NCBI GenBank assembly: GCA_964352215.1
Contig: CAYGRE010000005.1
Span: 18,527 to 82,526 of the forward strand
DNA from: an uncultured Bacteroidia bacterium
GTDB lineage: Bacteria > Bacteroidota > Bacteroidia > J057 > JADKCL01
Direction of reading: 5' to 3'
Length of the DNA stretch: 64,000 nt
Positions 21,001 to 24,881 of this stretch are shown in pieces. Within the stretch, counting starts at the first letter, position 1; each line of letters begins with the position of its first letter. The notes beneath the pieces are model-generated. The model saw nothing but the letters and a program-made list of their open reading frames with translations. It did not search any database and was not told the origin of the DNA. The translations under genes were made by a program, and so were the position numbers.

Positions 21001-23676
21001 GTTGAAAGCTCCGACTGCCCAGAGATTGCCTTCGTATTCGATGGCCTGGAAGTGGTGAAGTTCGATGGGAGCGGTGGCACCAGCAGTCCAGGTATTGGCA
21101 ACCGGATCGTAGATGTCTACCCGCCTGTTACCACGTCCACCGACGAGGTAGAACTTGTCGCCGATCTGTACCCAGCTGTTTTCATGGCGGTTTTGCGCCG
21201 CACCACTGGTGGGTACGATGTCCACCCAGTTTCCGGTAGCGGTGATGGCCTCCCGGTCAATGGTAATGAAGTCGTAAGTCTTGGGGAAGGTAGCACCACC
21301 GGCACCTCTTGAGGTAGAGATAAGGCCAACCGAGAGGACATTGCTGGTCCAGGCAGCGGGAATGGTAATGGGTCCGCCGAGATTGTTGACGGTACTTCCA
21401 TCAATCGAGTATTTTGGCTGGACCGTATTGTTGGTCGGATCGATGGTCAGGAATATATCAATGAAGGTTGAGGTCAGCAGACCTGCGTCGGGATACATGG
21501 TCTGTACCGGAGCTCCCACTCCACCGAAACCGCCTCCATTTTCTTCATAAACTACTTCAAGGCCACCAGCGCCTCCATTCGATGCGAGGGTTACTTTGAG
21601 GTAATTGTCCTGGTCACCGGTACCGATGTGGAATCCGTAGGACTGAAAATCAATCGGAGTTTGGTTGGCGAAGTGTCCCTGGATGCGGCCATTGATGGTA
21701 TAGGGTCCAACTTCACTGCCGACGTTGACACCAAACTGGAAGGCGTACTCCTGATTGTTAAGGGCACCAAGTGCGTCGCCGGGAGGTACGGAGTCCACCG
21801 TGAACTTGAGGGCTGCGCCCCCTACCGTCATATTGAAGGGATCATAGAGATCCATATAATCGGTGGTGTAGTCGGTCATCAGTCCGGTGAAGCCCCAGCC
21901 GTTGATACCGGGATCGATGGAGTTGTCGAACTGGTAGCTGACCGGAAGGCCGGTGGTGGTACCGTTGGCAGCATCGCGGGCAAAGAAGTCAACATTGTCG
22001 AGGATGCCATCGTTGTCATCGTCGTTGTCGGTGATGTCAGAGATGAAATCCTGGTCAAAGTCTTCAGGTTGTGATGCGGGGCTACACTGGTCGGTTCCAT
22101 TGGCCAATTCATCACCGTTGGAATAGCCGTCGCCGTCGAAATCGAGGGTGAAGCTGGTATCGTTACCGACACAGTTCACGAAATCCTGGGGTTCGAAGAT
22201 GGTGATGTTGTCGGCACCATAGGTACAGGCCCAGACGGTTCCGGGAAAGGGACCGGCATCGGGCTGCGCAATGACATCGAGTGGGGTAGCACCAAATCCG
22301 GAGAAGATATTGGACTGGGAAAGGACCTGGTCACCCGCTGCGTTCAGCTCAAAGCGAACGATGTTTCCGTTGAAGGCTGCGGCCAAAAGATTGCCTTGGA
22401 GTTGTCCGCCAAAATTGGTGGCGGTGTATTCACAGAGGCCGTTGGTAGAGGAACAAACCTGGGCCAGGGCACCGTCCTGGGTGACCGGATCACGGTAGTC
22501 ACAAAACGGGTCTTCCATTCCGACAGGAATGGGAGATTGAGGATTGGTGGTATTGAATGTGTTGTTTCGGTTGGCGCGGGTTGGGTTGGGGTGTCCCCCG
22601 TAATAGCCCTGGCCGGAGACATAGTGCAGGTTGTCACATTTGGAATTTGAATTGGCCTCGTTGGCATCGTTGGAGCAACTGTTGATCGGGGTTCCTCCCC
22701 AGCCTGTATTGGGACCATTGTCAAAGGTGTAGAGGCGGTTGCTGGTAGTGAGGAGCACATCATAATGGTTACGCCATCCCGATGAATAGATCTGCACCGG
22801 GCCACCCAAGACCAGCATCGCCTGGTTCTTTCCATTGTTTCCTCCCCAGGGATCAGTGGGGTCTTCATAACCGGGAGTTGGGTTGGCGACATTGGCCTTG
22901 TCCTCATCGTCCAGGGTTGGAAGATCATATTTATAGGCTTGTCCCTGGGCGTCGATTTGGGTAGGCAGCGCATCAATAGCGGTAAGATCAACTGACAAAA
23001 TCGCAGTCGAATAAGCCAGTTCAGGGAGGTAAGCAAAGTTATTGGAAGGAGCGCCTTTGTTGGTATTGCCACCTGCCGCCACAAAGAGGCGGTTGTTCAA
23101 AGCATCGTATTGCAGTCCGTTGAGGGAGTGATTCTCTTCGGAACGTGAAAGTCCCCGTACCAGATGGACCATATCCCATGAGGTACCATTCCAGGTCAGA
23201 CGGGAGATAACGCCTGAGTTTTCATCGAGGCCGGTACTGTTACCGGAGCCACCGCCCCCGATCCTTGGATCAGAGGAGGTCACATACAACACTGGATTCG
23301 CAGCTGTTCCCAGTACCAGGATTCCGGTCACCTGCCGATTTTGGTTGCTGATGATGGACCCATCTTCATTGTGATTGGGGATGGTTCTGATCTCACTGAT
23401 CGTCTCCGTAGCGGTGACTACATAGTCATTGGGGCCATTGCGGATGATATCATAAGCATAAATGAACCCGTTTTGCTGAGAGACATACAAGCGGCCATCC
23501 GGGCCAAATTGCAAAGAGGTCGGATTGTTCAGTGTCTCCCCCGCCAAGCCGCTGGAGGCAAAGCTTATGGTCTGGGAAAAACCAAAGGTGGGCGCCAAAA
23601 GGGCCAAAAACAGAAAAGCCAGGAAAGTGAATGGGAATCCTTTCCGGGTGGTAAAGTTGGAATCGTTGGTGTGCAT
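1..23676 (-). CDS. Giant secreted multidomain protein, C-terminus beyond the left edge (at least 7,892 codons in window)
   Basis: ATG (minus) at 23674-23676 followed by MHTNDSNFTTRKGFPFTFLAFLFLALLAPTFGFSQ signal peptide. Same frame (codons at 3k-2..3k) gives coherent protein where spot-checked near 1, 6000, 12000, 16140 and 18000, with no stop met in the parts translated. Confidence 0.93.
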   Translation of the reverse strand, partial: MHTNDSNFTTRKGFPFTFLAFLFLALLAPTFGFSQTISFASSGLAGETLNNPTSLQFGPDGRLYVSQQNGFIYAYDIIRNGPNDYVVTATETISEIRTIPNHNEDGSIISNQNRQVTGILVLGTAANPVLYVTSSDPRIGGGGSGNSTGLDENSGVISRLTWNGTSWDMVHLVRGLSRSEENHSLNGLQYDALNNRLFVAAGGNTNKGAPSNNFAYLPELAYSTAILSVDLTAIDALPTQIDAQGQAYKYDLPTLDDEDKANVANPTPGYEDPTDPWGGNNGKNQAMLVLGGPVQIYSSGWRNHYDVLLTTSNRLYTFDNGPNTGWGGTPINSCSNDANEANSNSKCDNLHYVSGQGYYGGHPNPTRANRNNTFNTTNPQSPIPVGMEDPFCDYRDPVTQDGALAQVCSSTNGLCEYTATNFGGQLQGNLLAAAFNGNIVRFELNAAGDQVLSQSNIFSGFGATPLDVIAQPDAGPFPGTVWACTYGADNITIFEPQDFVNCVGNDTSFTLDFDGDGYSNGDELANGTDQCSPASQPEDFDQDFISDITDNDDDNDGILDNVDFFARDAANGTTTGLPVSYQFDNSIDPGINGWGFTGLMTDYTTDYMDLYDPFNMTVGGAALKFTVDSVPPGDALGALNNQEYAFQFGVNVGSEVGPYTINGRIQGHFANQTPIDFQSYGFHIGTGDQDNYLKVTLASNGGAGGLEVVYEENGGGFGGVGAPVQTMYPDAGLLTSTFIDIFLTIDPTNNTVQPKYSIDGSTVNNLGGPITIPAAWTSNVLSVGLISTSRGAGGATFPKTYDFITIDREAITATGNWVDIVPTSGAAQNRHENSWVQIGDKFYLVGGRGNRRVDIYDPVANTWTAGATAPIELHHFQAIEYEGNLWAVGAFNGGYPNETPVPNIYIYNVATDTWHVGPEIPVSRRRGSAGIVVYNDEVYVVCGIQNGHVNGWVPWVDKYDPRTGTWTQLADAPIERDHYHAEVFDGKIYNAGGRRTGFGGQVFSPTVGQVDVYDIASNTWVTQGTGSNIPTQRAGCFAGHIGDEIIIAGGESGTQSAGHEETEAYNPTTDSWRSLDNMIDGRHGTSMISNNGVLYVAAGSGNRGGGPELNTIEAFSFFGLRPALGNPVFASTLNSNPGSYDFGTITIGNSDVQSFTITNTGGNQGIFITSLGFTGDPDWTSNFSGTLPYYLPAGDSLNLDITYTPSVAGGRSGTLVVDHTGAGGPLSVSLIGGGFQDLGVYRINCNSTTHIDVNGNTFEPDNYFTGGSGTANGGLAIANTLDDPLYQFYRYGNFSYNFPLADTGNYELILHFSENWSGANGANLRVFDVVAEGQVVLDDYDIWVEAGYQTAIQETIIVNVQDGSLDLQWVNVIQNAKVGAIEVVGPLGPANPAPAALVATPDPLHFFSQQVATTSAAQNLNLANSGAVDSTLTITGIAIGGADAGDFAFTAPTYPLNLSGGSNVDVPFTFTPTTVGLRSAYIVVTHDAPTSPDTIVLTGEGVNPQLTVSVNLINDIECVGDVDGSIWAEVTNGQYPLTYTWSNGGTTDTLTGLGAGTYTVTVTDALNQTATGSVTLSVIPLLVQVDACLENGLGELTASPSGGQMPYTYLWDANAGSATTDTVGGLTNGTYSVTITDANLCTVVGNATIDGTTPTCDTCALPIGWAAQDIGNVAAVGASCYNSITDTWYVDGSGVDIWGTADEFQFAYTTLVGDGEVIARVTSITNTNPWAKAGVMMRETLDANSIEAMMLKRGANGWSWQSRNTTGGTSISNSNQTTQILPLWVRIVRSGNDFTGYYSADGITWTQQGATQTITLPQALYVGLAVTSHNDGAINNSIFDNVQVIGASNFTANVAVTSNYNGADISCAGASDGALTVTANGGTPPYTYLWDVAAGSQTTATATGLAAGTFSVTVTDAASNTSSASGTLTDPPVLAASASQTTAPTSGNSDGVATATASGGSSPYTYLWDVAAGSQTTASATNLAAGTYGVTVTDANNCTAVASVTLIVGGQNPNVTTTTPVNGATGVSVNTSVTADVNLPNAAIDSATLSSTTVLIYPTGSPSTPVPSVLNTTGGGDAIILTPSVQLLPNTQYTFEVTSGLQDESGFGFVPFTMTFTTGNATTASSIPQFEQIPLTITNGNTYSTVVVGPDGKLYASGIDGLIYRWDINPDGTLANQETLNSLQTAEGGSRLLIGLAFDPASTDKNLIAWVSHTSFGLSGQPDWQGKITRLTGENLQNVQDFVVNLPRSTKDHVTNSLAFGPDGALYVNQGSNTAMGAPDNTWGNRPERLLSAATLRIDVTSLNNSSLPLNVQTSEGGTYDPYATNAAVKIFGPGARNAYDLVWHSNGNLYIPTNGSAPGGNTPASVAGTLRPDGTTYSGPTVPALNGVSTNQHDFLFRMPAPSGGNWPYRYFGSPNPTRGEYVLNGGNPTAGTDVAEVTAYPVGTDPDIAWAGSAFDFGDHKSPNGVIEYKNDAFGGYLQGKLLVVRYSANDDILVLDPSGPNGDIASDEPGVIGFTGFNNPLDLCENVANGHIYVSEYGGNRITLLRPVNDSVGVPKIAVIPEEAIFASTQTTTDGPVTVTVVNNGTDTLIVSGAALTGANAGQFTLSSVPTLPVTLPPYASTTVDVTFDPNGTTGALSAALDFASNDPAAPTASADLYGVSAQGLEGSNEPPLHWVAQTLGFNIDVGGTGLILGTTANAIGDEVLEPLFQKAGPGDVSMIPVGRYSPLEPLPYGYYLPGATPTLVQVGEMSGVTPQHQTLNPIISSGGTNFDPGNAVFGWYTTSSAHTAYSEDALNASVPTPHSVRMYPAKDRQGVIIPNAYLAAFEEASNGDYQDYVFLVCNVMPAVTDGVLSLSGQNLDFGNVFLGSNNQLGLTLSNNGTTDIILSALPLSGDPDFTFVSAPSLPLTLTGGSSVTYNFDFTPQALGNRSSTLTINHDGINSPLNVNLFGVGVDTVSGPLAGCFNVNVNGPQYVSTVQDTFIADNPASWVTGTHTPSTQSFPVAGTLEDDLYLAYRYGNNFSYNLPTGNGTYDVTLYFMEPYFGAPGGVAGGNGLRVFDVTVEGSLVLDDYDIFATVGAATADVYTFNGVSVNDGTLNIDFLSSVNNAAISAISICSSNTPPLSATVSSPTNSCGNNISCNGLADGTATISATGGVSPYTYLWDAGAGSQTTATATGLAAGTYAVTVTDANSDTVALSITLTEPAVLATSTSAIDVDCNGDANGSATVAVSGGCTPYTYLWDVAAGSQTTDTAGGLSAGTYSVTVTDANNCTATANVTVNEPVAIAVNMVPSLYNCGFNTSCNGATDGSITATATGGTAPYVYNWGTGQNAIRINTGNGGSFTATNGDVFAADNAANFTILQTPTGQYVNNNIVDVLGTTDDQLYRTERYAAAMEYHIPVANGVYEVRLHFAEIYHGATGTPSQPGNIGDRIMNVEVEGTPFLTNYDIIADVGTMTAVIKTTVANVTDDTLNLVFTTVVDNAKISAIEIVEVTGAGGTLSGVPAGGYTVVVSDANGCSLTDTVVLTEPDLLVAAATVVQDESCLGLANGQATASATGGCAPYTYAWDAAAGSQTTATAIGLAGGTYSVTITDANGCAATTSVVITTGSGLTVTAALDNDVTCNGAADGQATASQTGGTAPLSYLWDVAAGSQTTATATGLAGGTYSVTITDANGCAGTASVTIAEPAALSLTTSFVDVTCNGAADGQAAVAAVGGTAPYTYQWDVAAGSQTTATATSLSGGTYSVVVTDANGCTETANVTIAEPAALSLSTSAADVSCGGAADGQAAVVATGGTAPYTYLWDVAAGSQTTATATGLSGGTYSVTVTDANNCTATANVSVNEPTAIAVSMVPSLYNCGFNVSCNGATDGSITATATGGTAPFTYSWGTGQNAIRINTGNGGSFTAANGDVFAADNAANYTIVQTPSGQYTNNNIVDVLGTTDDQLYRTERWAKILEYHIPVSNGTYEVRLHFAEIFHGATGTSSQPGNIGDRIMNVEVEGVPFLSNYDIIADVGTMTAVIKTTVANVTDDTLNFVFTGLVDNAKISAIEIVEVTGSGGTLSGVPAGSYTVVVTDANGCSVTENIALTEPDLLVATAVVDQDESCFGLADGQASVSTTGGCAPYSIQWDAAAGSQTTATASNLIAGTYGVSVTDANGCTANASVTIAGPASALTASANGTDVSCNGAGDGTASVTATGGTSPYTYQWDVSAGSQTTATATGLAGGTYTVLVTDANGCTANAAVTISEPAAISLSASASDATCAGDADGTASVTATGGTLPYTYLWDASAGNQTTATATGLTAGTYSVDVTDANGCTVTATATVGEPASVAVSLTPSTYNCGFNISCNGATDGSINAAASGGVAPYTYDWGGTVIRLNTGNQGAYTAANGDVFAADQYATGGVFFNVGGTIANTADPDLYKSERYGTMNYNIPVPNGTYQVNLHFAEVFNGAQSVGARVFDVNVEGALVLDDYDIFATAGFRTAVIETTTATVTDGSLDIGFVTVVDNAKISAIEVVALGGPAQSNLGAGTYTVTVTDANGCATTDSIELTEPDPVVANASIISGITCNGANDGAVTVSVSGGCAPYAYNWSGGAGTLANASSLAPGTYDVTVTDANGCTGTGSVTLTEPSAVSVTAAQSSPISTAGGSDGEATATAGGGTPPYTYLWDANAGSQTTATATGLSAGIYTVTVTDANGCVAADTALVPDPAGQLVVTVNQTAAISCAGGNDGEATAFVTGGVPPYSFQWDAAAGNQTTATATGLAAGTYSVTVTDNNSDVATGTVTLTDPLAIVLNATATDVTCPGGNDGALDLTVTHGVAPFVFTWSNSANSEDINGLTAGSYSVVVTDANGCTASGTYSINEPAAPSLSFQVFDLVCYGDTDGGIDLTVSNTGRTYTYLWSNGATSEDLTNLSAGLYTVTLTDNQGCVVVDSAEVSQPDSIAISFTTTNLACNNEGNGSIVLGITGGSPLFSYMWSNGDTTKNIGQLTAGTYVVTVTDDKGCVAIDSVEILAPPAINLSFNLSDVSCNGLSDGNIDLTATGGVGGFSYLWSTNATTQDLNNVPAGPYAVQVTDANGCVENAIVTIAEPAAIQLSLATTDGSCNGLADGSVDLTVTNGVAPLTYAWSNGATTEDLAAVGSGTYTVTVTDASGCTGTASANVNAPSAISATVSATDVTCNGGSDGSVDLSVSGGTAPFTFSWDNSATTEDLSGVSAGTYVVTITDANGCQEVLTASVGEPVAIQAAAIATDVSCFGAADGSIDLTVTGAVSPVTYLWNTGAVTEDLSGLTAGSYSVVITDANGCTASASATVAEPAILVLTTVATDVNCNGGTDGTVDLSISGGIPPYTYAWTTGATSEDISSLAAGTYTVTVTDGNGCISTASATVAQPAALTLIMQKVNISCTGAMDGGFNLFVVGGTAPFSYNWSTGALTQNVTGLGSGNYSVTVTDANGCVTTQQSSLIEPFPLGLNETITDVSCNGLSDGAISITPSGGAGSYGYMWSHGPTTQNVSGLAAGSYAVTLTDANGCVEVGNYTVGEPAVVSLAFTSTDISCNAGTDGSIDLSVAGGTAPYTYAWSNAATTEDLSGLSAGLYGVTVTDANGCTATGSTSLTEPTAITASTTVTDPSCNGATDGFIDLTVTGGTAPYTYAWSTTATTEDVNGIGAGTYTVTITDANNCSATASATLNDPSAISFTLTATDLICNGAANGAVDLTVSGGTPPYSFSWSNGATTEDISGVPAGSYTVTLSDANNCTVTGTAAVNEPTAIAGTAVATDASCLGANDGSIDLSVSGGTAPYSFSWSNGATSEDLSGLAGGTYTVTITDANNCTSTASATVAEPVAIAATATSTNESCNGGSDGTVDLTVSGGTAPYSFSWSNGATTEDLSGLTAGTYTVTITDANNCTATASATVTGSTAIVLTTSATDALCNGDASGLVDLSVTGGTAPYSFNWSNGATTEDLSGVTAGTYTVVVTDANGCTSNASASVGEPAAVTSAVTSTDESCNGASDGTVDLSVSGGTAPYSFSWSNGATTEDLSGLAGGTYTVTITDANNCTATASATVTSPIALVASATVTVQGGCGAPNSGEALASATGGTPAYTYQWDAAAGNQTTALATGLNPGTYSVTITDANGCTAVATVTLTQTSSNISLAGVDVSCNGDSDGQIVASGGTAPYTYTITTSANSVVLPIVGGQDDAEEDQNGTVRGGRNHLRMVFSNNNQGLQTVGLRYRNVNIPQGAIIVDARVQFTAQNTNNTNPSNLVITGEAADNSANFANSTFDLSTRANTSASVNWSPANWNTIGQAGADQQTPDLSGVVQEIVNRSGWSAGNDLSLFLNGAGRRSAYSYNGSPADAPVLSVQYSTTLPSNTNLPAGTYTVTATDANGCSNTSTITIGEPAPIVISSNDVSCNGASDGEITASGGTGPINVVVYAATVNTISNQVSFGADDAEQRANGSTNLGNNDLELVFDGANNGNQVVGVRFRNVAIPQGAAITNAYIQFTAENTGNLNPSNLNILGEASDDASVIQNATNNITNRPVTSSVVTWSPPNWTVAGQAGADERTPDLSGIVQEIVNRGGWSSGNSMLFRVDGQGRRRAFSYNGNQAGAPVLVVEYATTSVVGNTNLGVGTYFVKATDGNGCTALDTVEITEPAPLTVNAVNTVAASTPTSNDGEAIANVSGGTPPFIYLWPPSTGSQTTQTATGLATGVYLVKVADANGCYSSDTVFVSAVAPPISAVAAVTSPVLCNGDATGEATVTVTGGLPPFSYLWDANAGSQTTATATGLAAGTYSVTVTDGIGNVAVANVTLTEPAALALNGQDPLCFGGSDGTVTATGGTQPYTYSLTVPTGNVTSTPMASGDDAEQTLTSGAVNTNSVSLEMGYDNNNPSDPQLVGIRFPDLAVPQGATITSAKILFISEDNASGLASLTFRAESSDNAAGFTTANNNVGIRPLTASSVAWNVPNWVSGQTYNTPDLSAVVQEVVNRAGWISGNDLAVVVNGTGYRNASSYDEDPGLAPVLEVTWTQPLSNTGLNAGTYTVTVTDANGCSFTDQVTLDQPDELELVGVGAACGGTGAIYASGGSAPHILTLVGGASSSTQVATSSDDAEQTLTSGAMNLNSPSLEIGYDNNDPSDPQFVGVRFQGVNVPQGATVQSAYITFEALSSQSSVANFSIYGDYSDDALPITSAPANLLIRTATPSTIAWSNVPAWTANASYNTPDLTAAVQEIVNRGGWADGNSMAFILAGSGLREAKAYDASAGDAPILTITYAVGTGNGTDTLSGLPAGTYQVLAVDDNGCALLDSVVVGNDCNPCANDRVSDGLIAYYPFVEGGGSVVHDLSGYGAPLDLVIDNPGNVTWLTDNGVNINAGTIISSGVPATKIANACGATGEITVEAWVAPANTSQGGPARIVTMSSDPFNRNWTLGQEGNTYRGRLRTSTSAANGTPDLISNAGAVTNNLQHVVMTRDAIGVWQIYVDGAVQAGNFRGGDFSNWDANFELAIANELTNNRAWLGDVKLVAIYNKALSLAEIQQNLAVGGGCAGNYPPVGFCTAEVDECDNGLSVDFDGSNSTDPDGSIASYAWDFGDGNGSGQVSPTHVYAAAGTYTVTLTVTDNTGLVGTCTNTVTVTNNVAGRVTNNLVAYYTFTEGSGNTVHDYSGYLTPLDLTIDNPSNVSWVGGSALSVNSATTIHSVTAAAKIQTACAATNEVTVEAWVAPANTSQGGPSRIVTMSADPFNRNWTLGQDGNDYMSRVRTTTSAANGTPDLNGNNNAVATNLQHVVFTRDVGGAWIIYVDGVAVETGTRGGNLSNWDANFELALANELTNNRAWLGEMHLVAIYNDALSPAEIQQNFAVGPECEGSFAPVAFCQADVQACSPTLTVDFTGSGSVDPNGSVTS
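120..640 (-). other. LamG/concanavalin A-like lectin module, copy A
   Basis: WTLGQDGNDYMSRVRTTTSAANGTPDLNGN...NLQHVVFTRDVGGAWIIYVDGVAVETG...NRAWLGEMHLVAIYNDALSPAEIQQNFAVGPEC. Confidence 0.75.
1070..1570 (-). other. LamG/concanavalin A-like lectin module, copy B
   Basis: NLQHVVMTRDAIGVWQIYVDGAVQ...NRAWLGDVKLVAIYNKALSLAEIQQNLAVG; matches copy A at 951-bp offset (251 vs 1202). Confidence 0.75.
1850..5160 (-). repeat. Four copies of an unnamed beta-rich module separated by SprB-like units
   Basis: Shared motifs QxVGVRFxxVxxPQGAxIxxAYIxF, TPDLsxxVQEIVNRxGWxxGN, Y.....dAPVLxVxY. The NRxGW-coding site (ggttgacaatctc and variants) starts at 1998, 2733, 3957 and 4713. Confidence 0.85.
5520..9350 (-). 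repeat. SprB-like tandem repeat array, 75-codon (225-bp) units
   Basis: The TTEDLSG-coding site (ggtcttcagt and variants) lies at 5571, 5796, 6021, 6246, 6471, 6696, 6921, 7146, 7371, 7596, 7821, 8046, 8271, 8496, 8721, 8946 and 9171. Unit: C.G..DG..DL.VSGGTAPYSF.WSNGATTEDLSGL.AGTYTVTVTDANGCT. Confidence 0.92.
10130..10640 (-). other. Malectin-like module 5
   Basis: DLYKSERYGTMNYNIPVPNGTYQVNLHFAEVFNGAQSVGARVFDVNVEGALVLDDYDIFATAGFRTAVIETTTATVTDGSLDIGFVTVVDNAKISAIEVV. Confidence 0.75.
11500..12020 (-). other. Malectin-like module 4
   Basis: Malectin-type sequence with the RVFDV.VEG...DDYDI...V.D.L...F......NAKISAIEIVEV pattern in the minus frame. Confidence 0.75.
13180..13700 (-). other. Malectin-like module 3 (near-duplicate of module 4)
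   Basis: Same architecture as module 4 at an exact 1,680-bp offset (e.g. 11641 gatatcgtagttgctcagga vs 13321 gatatcataattggtcagga). Confidence 0.75.
14320..14830 (-). other. Malectin-like module 2
   Basis: DDLYLAYRYGNNFSYNLPTGNGTYDVTLYFMEPYFG...GLRVFDVTVEGSLVLDDYDIFATVGAATADVYTFNGVSVNDGTLNIDFLSSVNNAAISAISI. Confidence 0.7.
16020..17400 (-). other. Second beta-propeller module (glucose/sorbosone dehydrogenase-like)
   Basis: TITNGNTYSTVVVGPDGKLYASGIDGLIYRWDINPDGTLANQETL...LIGLAFDP...SLAFGPDGALYINQGSNTAMG...ARNAYDLVWHSNGNLYIPTNGS. Confidence 0.7.
18090..18660 (-). other. Concanavalin-like (DUF1349-like) module in giant protein
   Basis: WYVDGSGVDIWGTADEFQFAYTTLVGDGEVIARVTSITNTNPWAKAGVMMRETLDANS...WVRIVRSGNDFTGYYSADGITW. 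Confidence 0.65.
19510..19960 (-). other. Malectin-like carbohydrate-binding module 1
   Basis: LYQFYRYGNFSYNFPLADTGNYELILHFSENWSGANGANLRVFDVVAEGQVVLDDYDIWVEAG...VQDGSLDLQWVNVIQNAKVGAIEVV. Confidence 0.7.
20300..21230 (-). other. Kelch-type propeller module in giant protein
   Basis: Repeated kelch-like blades: KFYLVGGRGNRRVDIYDPVANTW, NLWAVGAFNGG, EVYVVCGIQNG...VDKYDPRTGTW, KIYNAGGR, EIIIAGGESG...TEAYNPTTDSW, VLYVAAGSGN. Confidence 0.75.
22005..22160 (-). other. Asp/Asn-rich putative Ca2+-binding segment (thrombospondin type 3-like)
   Basis: LDFDGDGYSNGDELANGTDQCSPASQPEDFDQDFISDITDNDDNDDGILDNVDFFARD. Confidence 0.6.
22200..23570 (-). other. N-terminal beta-propeller-like module in giant protein
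   Basis: NNPTSLQFGPDGRLYVSQQNGFIYAYDIIRNGP...VTGILVLGTAANPVVYVTSSDPRIGGG...LSRSEENHSLNGLQYDALNNRLFVAAGG resembles glucose/sorbosone dehydrogenase-like propellers. Confidence 0.65.
23572..23676 (-). other. Signal peptide of the giant protein
   Basis: Basic N-region (TTRKG), hydrophobic core FTFLAFLFLALLAPTFG, then FSQ; typical Sec signal. Confidence 0.85.
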
Positions 23677-24298
23677 GGGTGCGTACCTGATTATGTTGAT
23701 TAATTCGATGCAGAATCTAAATAACGCTCTTTATCTAAGCGTTGAGACGATGAATACTTCTATCCCCGAAGGCACAAAAGTCCAGATGCCGCTTCACAGC
23801 GGTCAAGATCTTTCCAGCATGTATTCAATTGATCTTACGTTGATTGATTCAAAATCAATTGGTGTTTTTTCCTGGCAAAAACCTGTTGTTCACCTAATTA
23901 TTAGCTGGGCGTATTAGCGTATATATCTGTTTCAAATAAACACAAAAGGTCACAATTATCCAAGAATATTACATACCTGCGAATGCCCACTCCCTACGAC
24001 TAAATTCCCGACTCTGCCCCAAAGCGCCCCAGGAGTTCGCAGATCACCATTTCGAGCTAGCTGCCCAATCACATATTGGAAAAAAATACACAAATTGGGC
24101 AGAAATATTACACCCGCTACTGGGATAAGACGCGCCCCCCTTCTCTAAACAGTCGAGTTTTCCACACATCCTTTCAAATCCGGTGGAAAAGGAGGCTGGA
24201 AGCACAGTGAATCAATTGCTATTTTTATGTTTTAAATCGATTAAATAACTTTACAGTTGACCAACCATTTCCAGCAGGCCCATTCAATACTATGGCCT

Positions 24299-24763
24299 AT
24301 GCGCATTCGAAGTCTTTTCCTGGTCCTGATTCTCCCCTTGTTTGCCTTCAAAACGGCCAACACTTTGGGCAATCCAGATCTTTCAACTCCCGAAAAGTCA
24401 TTTGCTTCCATCGTCGAGTTATTGAAATCGGGTGAAACAGACCGCCTTGAGTCTATGGCTACGCCTACCGGGATCAAATCTCTGATCACCCTGGCCCAGC
24501 AGGCTGACTATGAAAATGGTATGACTTCGATTGGTGATGACCTGGGAGCTGCTGAGCTTTCCTGGGATGAGATCACCGAGGATATTTATTTTCTGACGGC
24601 CCGCAACGGTGGAAAGACCCACAAGATGGAATTCACCAAGGAAGAACCCGGCTGGATGCTCTACCACCTGCAATTGGGAGGAGGCGTAGATTCTCACCCG
24701 GATACTTCTGCTCCGGACGCCCCATCTCCTGATTCCCCTTCTGATTTTTCTTTTGAGGACTGA
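24299..24763 (+). CDS. Small secreted hypothetical protein
   Basis: MRIRSLFLVLILPLFAFKTAN signal-like start at ATG 24299; the track start 24257 is a TTG. Acidic Pro/Ser/Asp-rich tail. Confidence 0.7.
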   Translation: MRIRSLFLVLILPLFAFKTANTLGNPDLSTPEKSFASIVELLKSGETDRLESMATPTGIKSLITLAQQADYENGMTSIGDDLGAAELSWDEITEDIYFLTARNGGKTHKMEFTKEEPGWMLYHLQLGGGVDSHPDTSAPDAPSPDSPSDFSFED

Positions 24764-24881
24764 TTTTCCCAGGCAACCCGATTTCCCCATTTTTCCCGAG
24801 TAAGCAGATTCGTTTTCCCAATTCTTCAGGTTTTCCCGGTTTTCCTTATTTTTGGTTCTGATTGACCCATCACCCGGAACC

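Noticed and set aside
22344-23084. 246 aa minus ORF and other minus ORFs inside 1-23676 (10568-11053, 11873-12334)
   Set aside because: Different frame from the giant gene; composition is a frame-shifted shadow.
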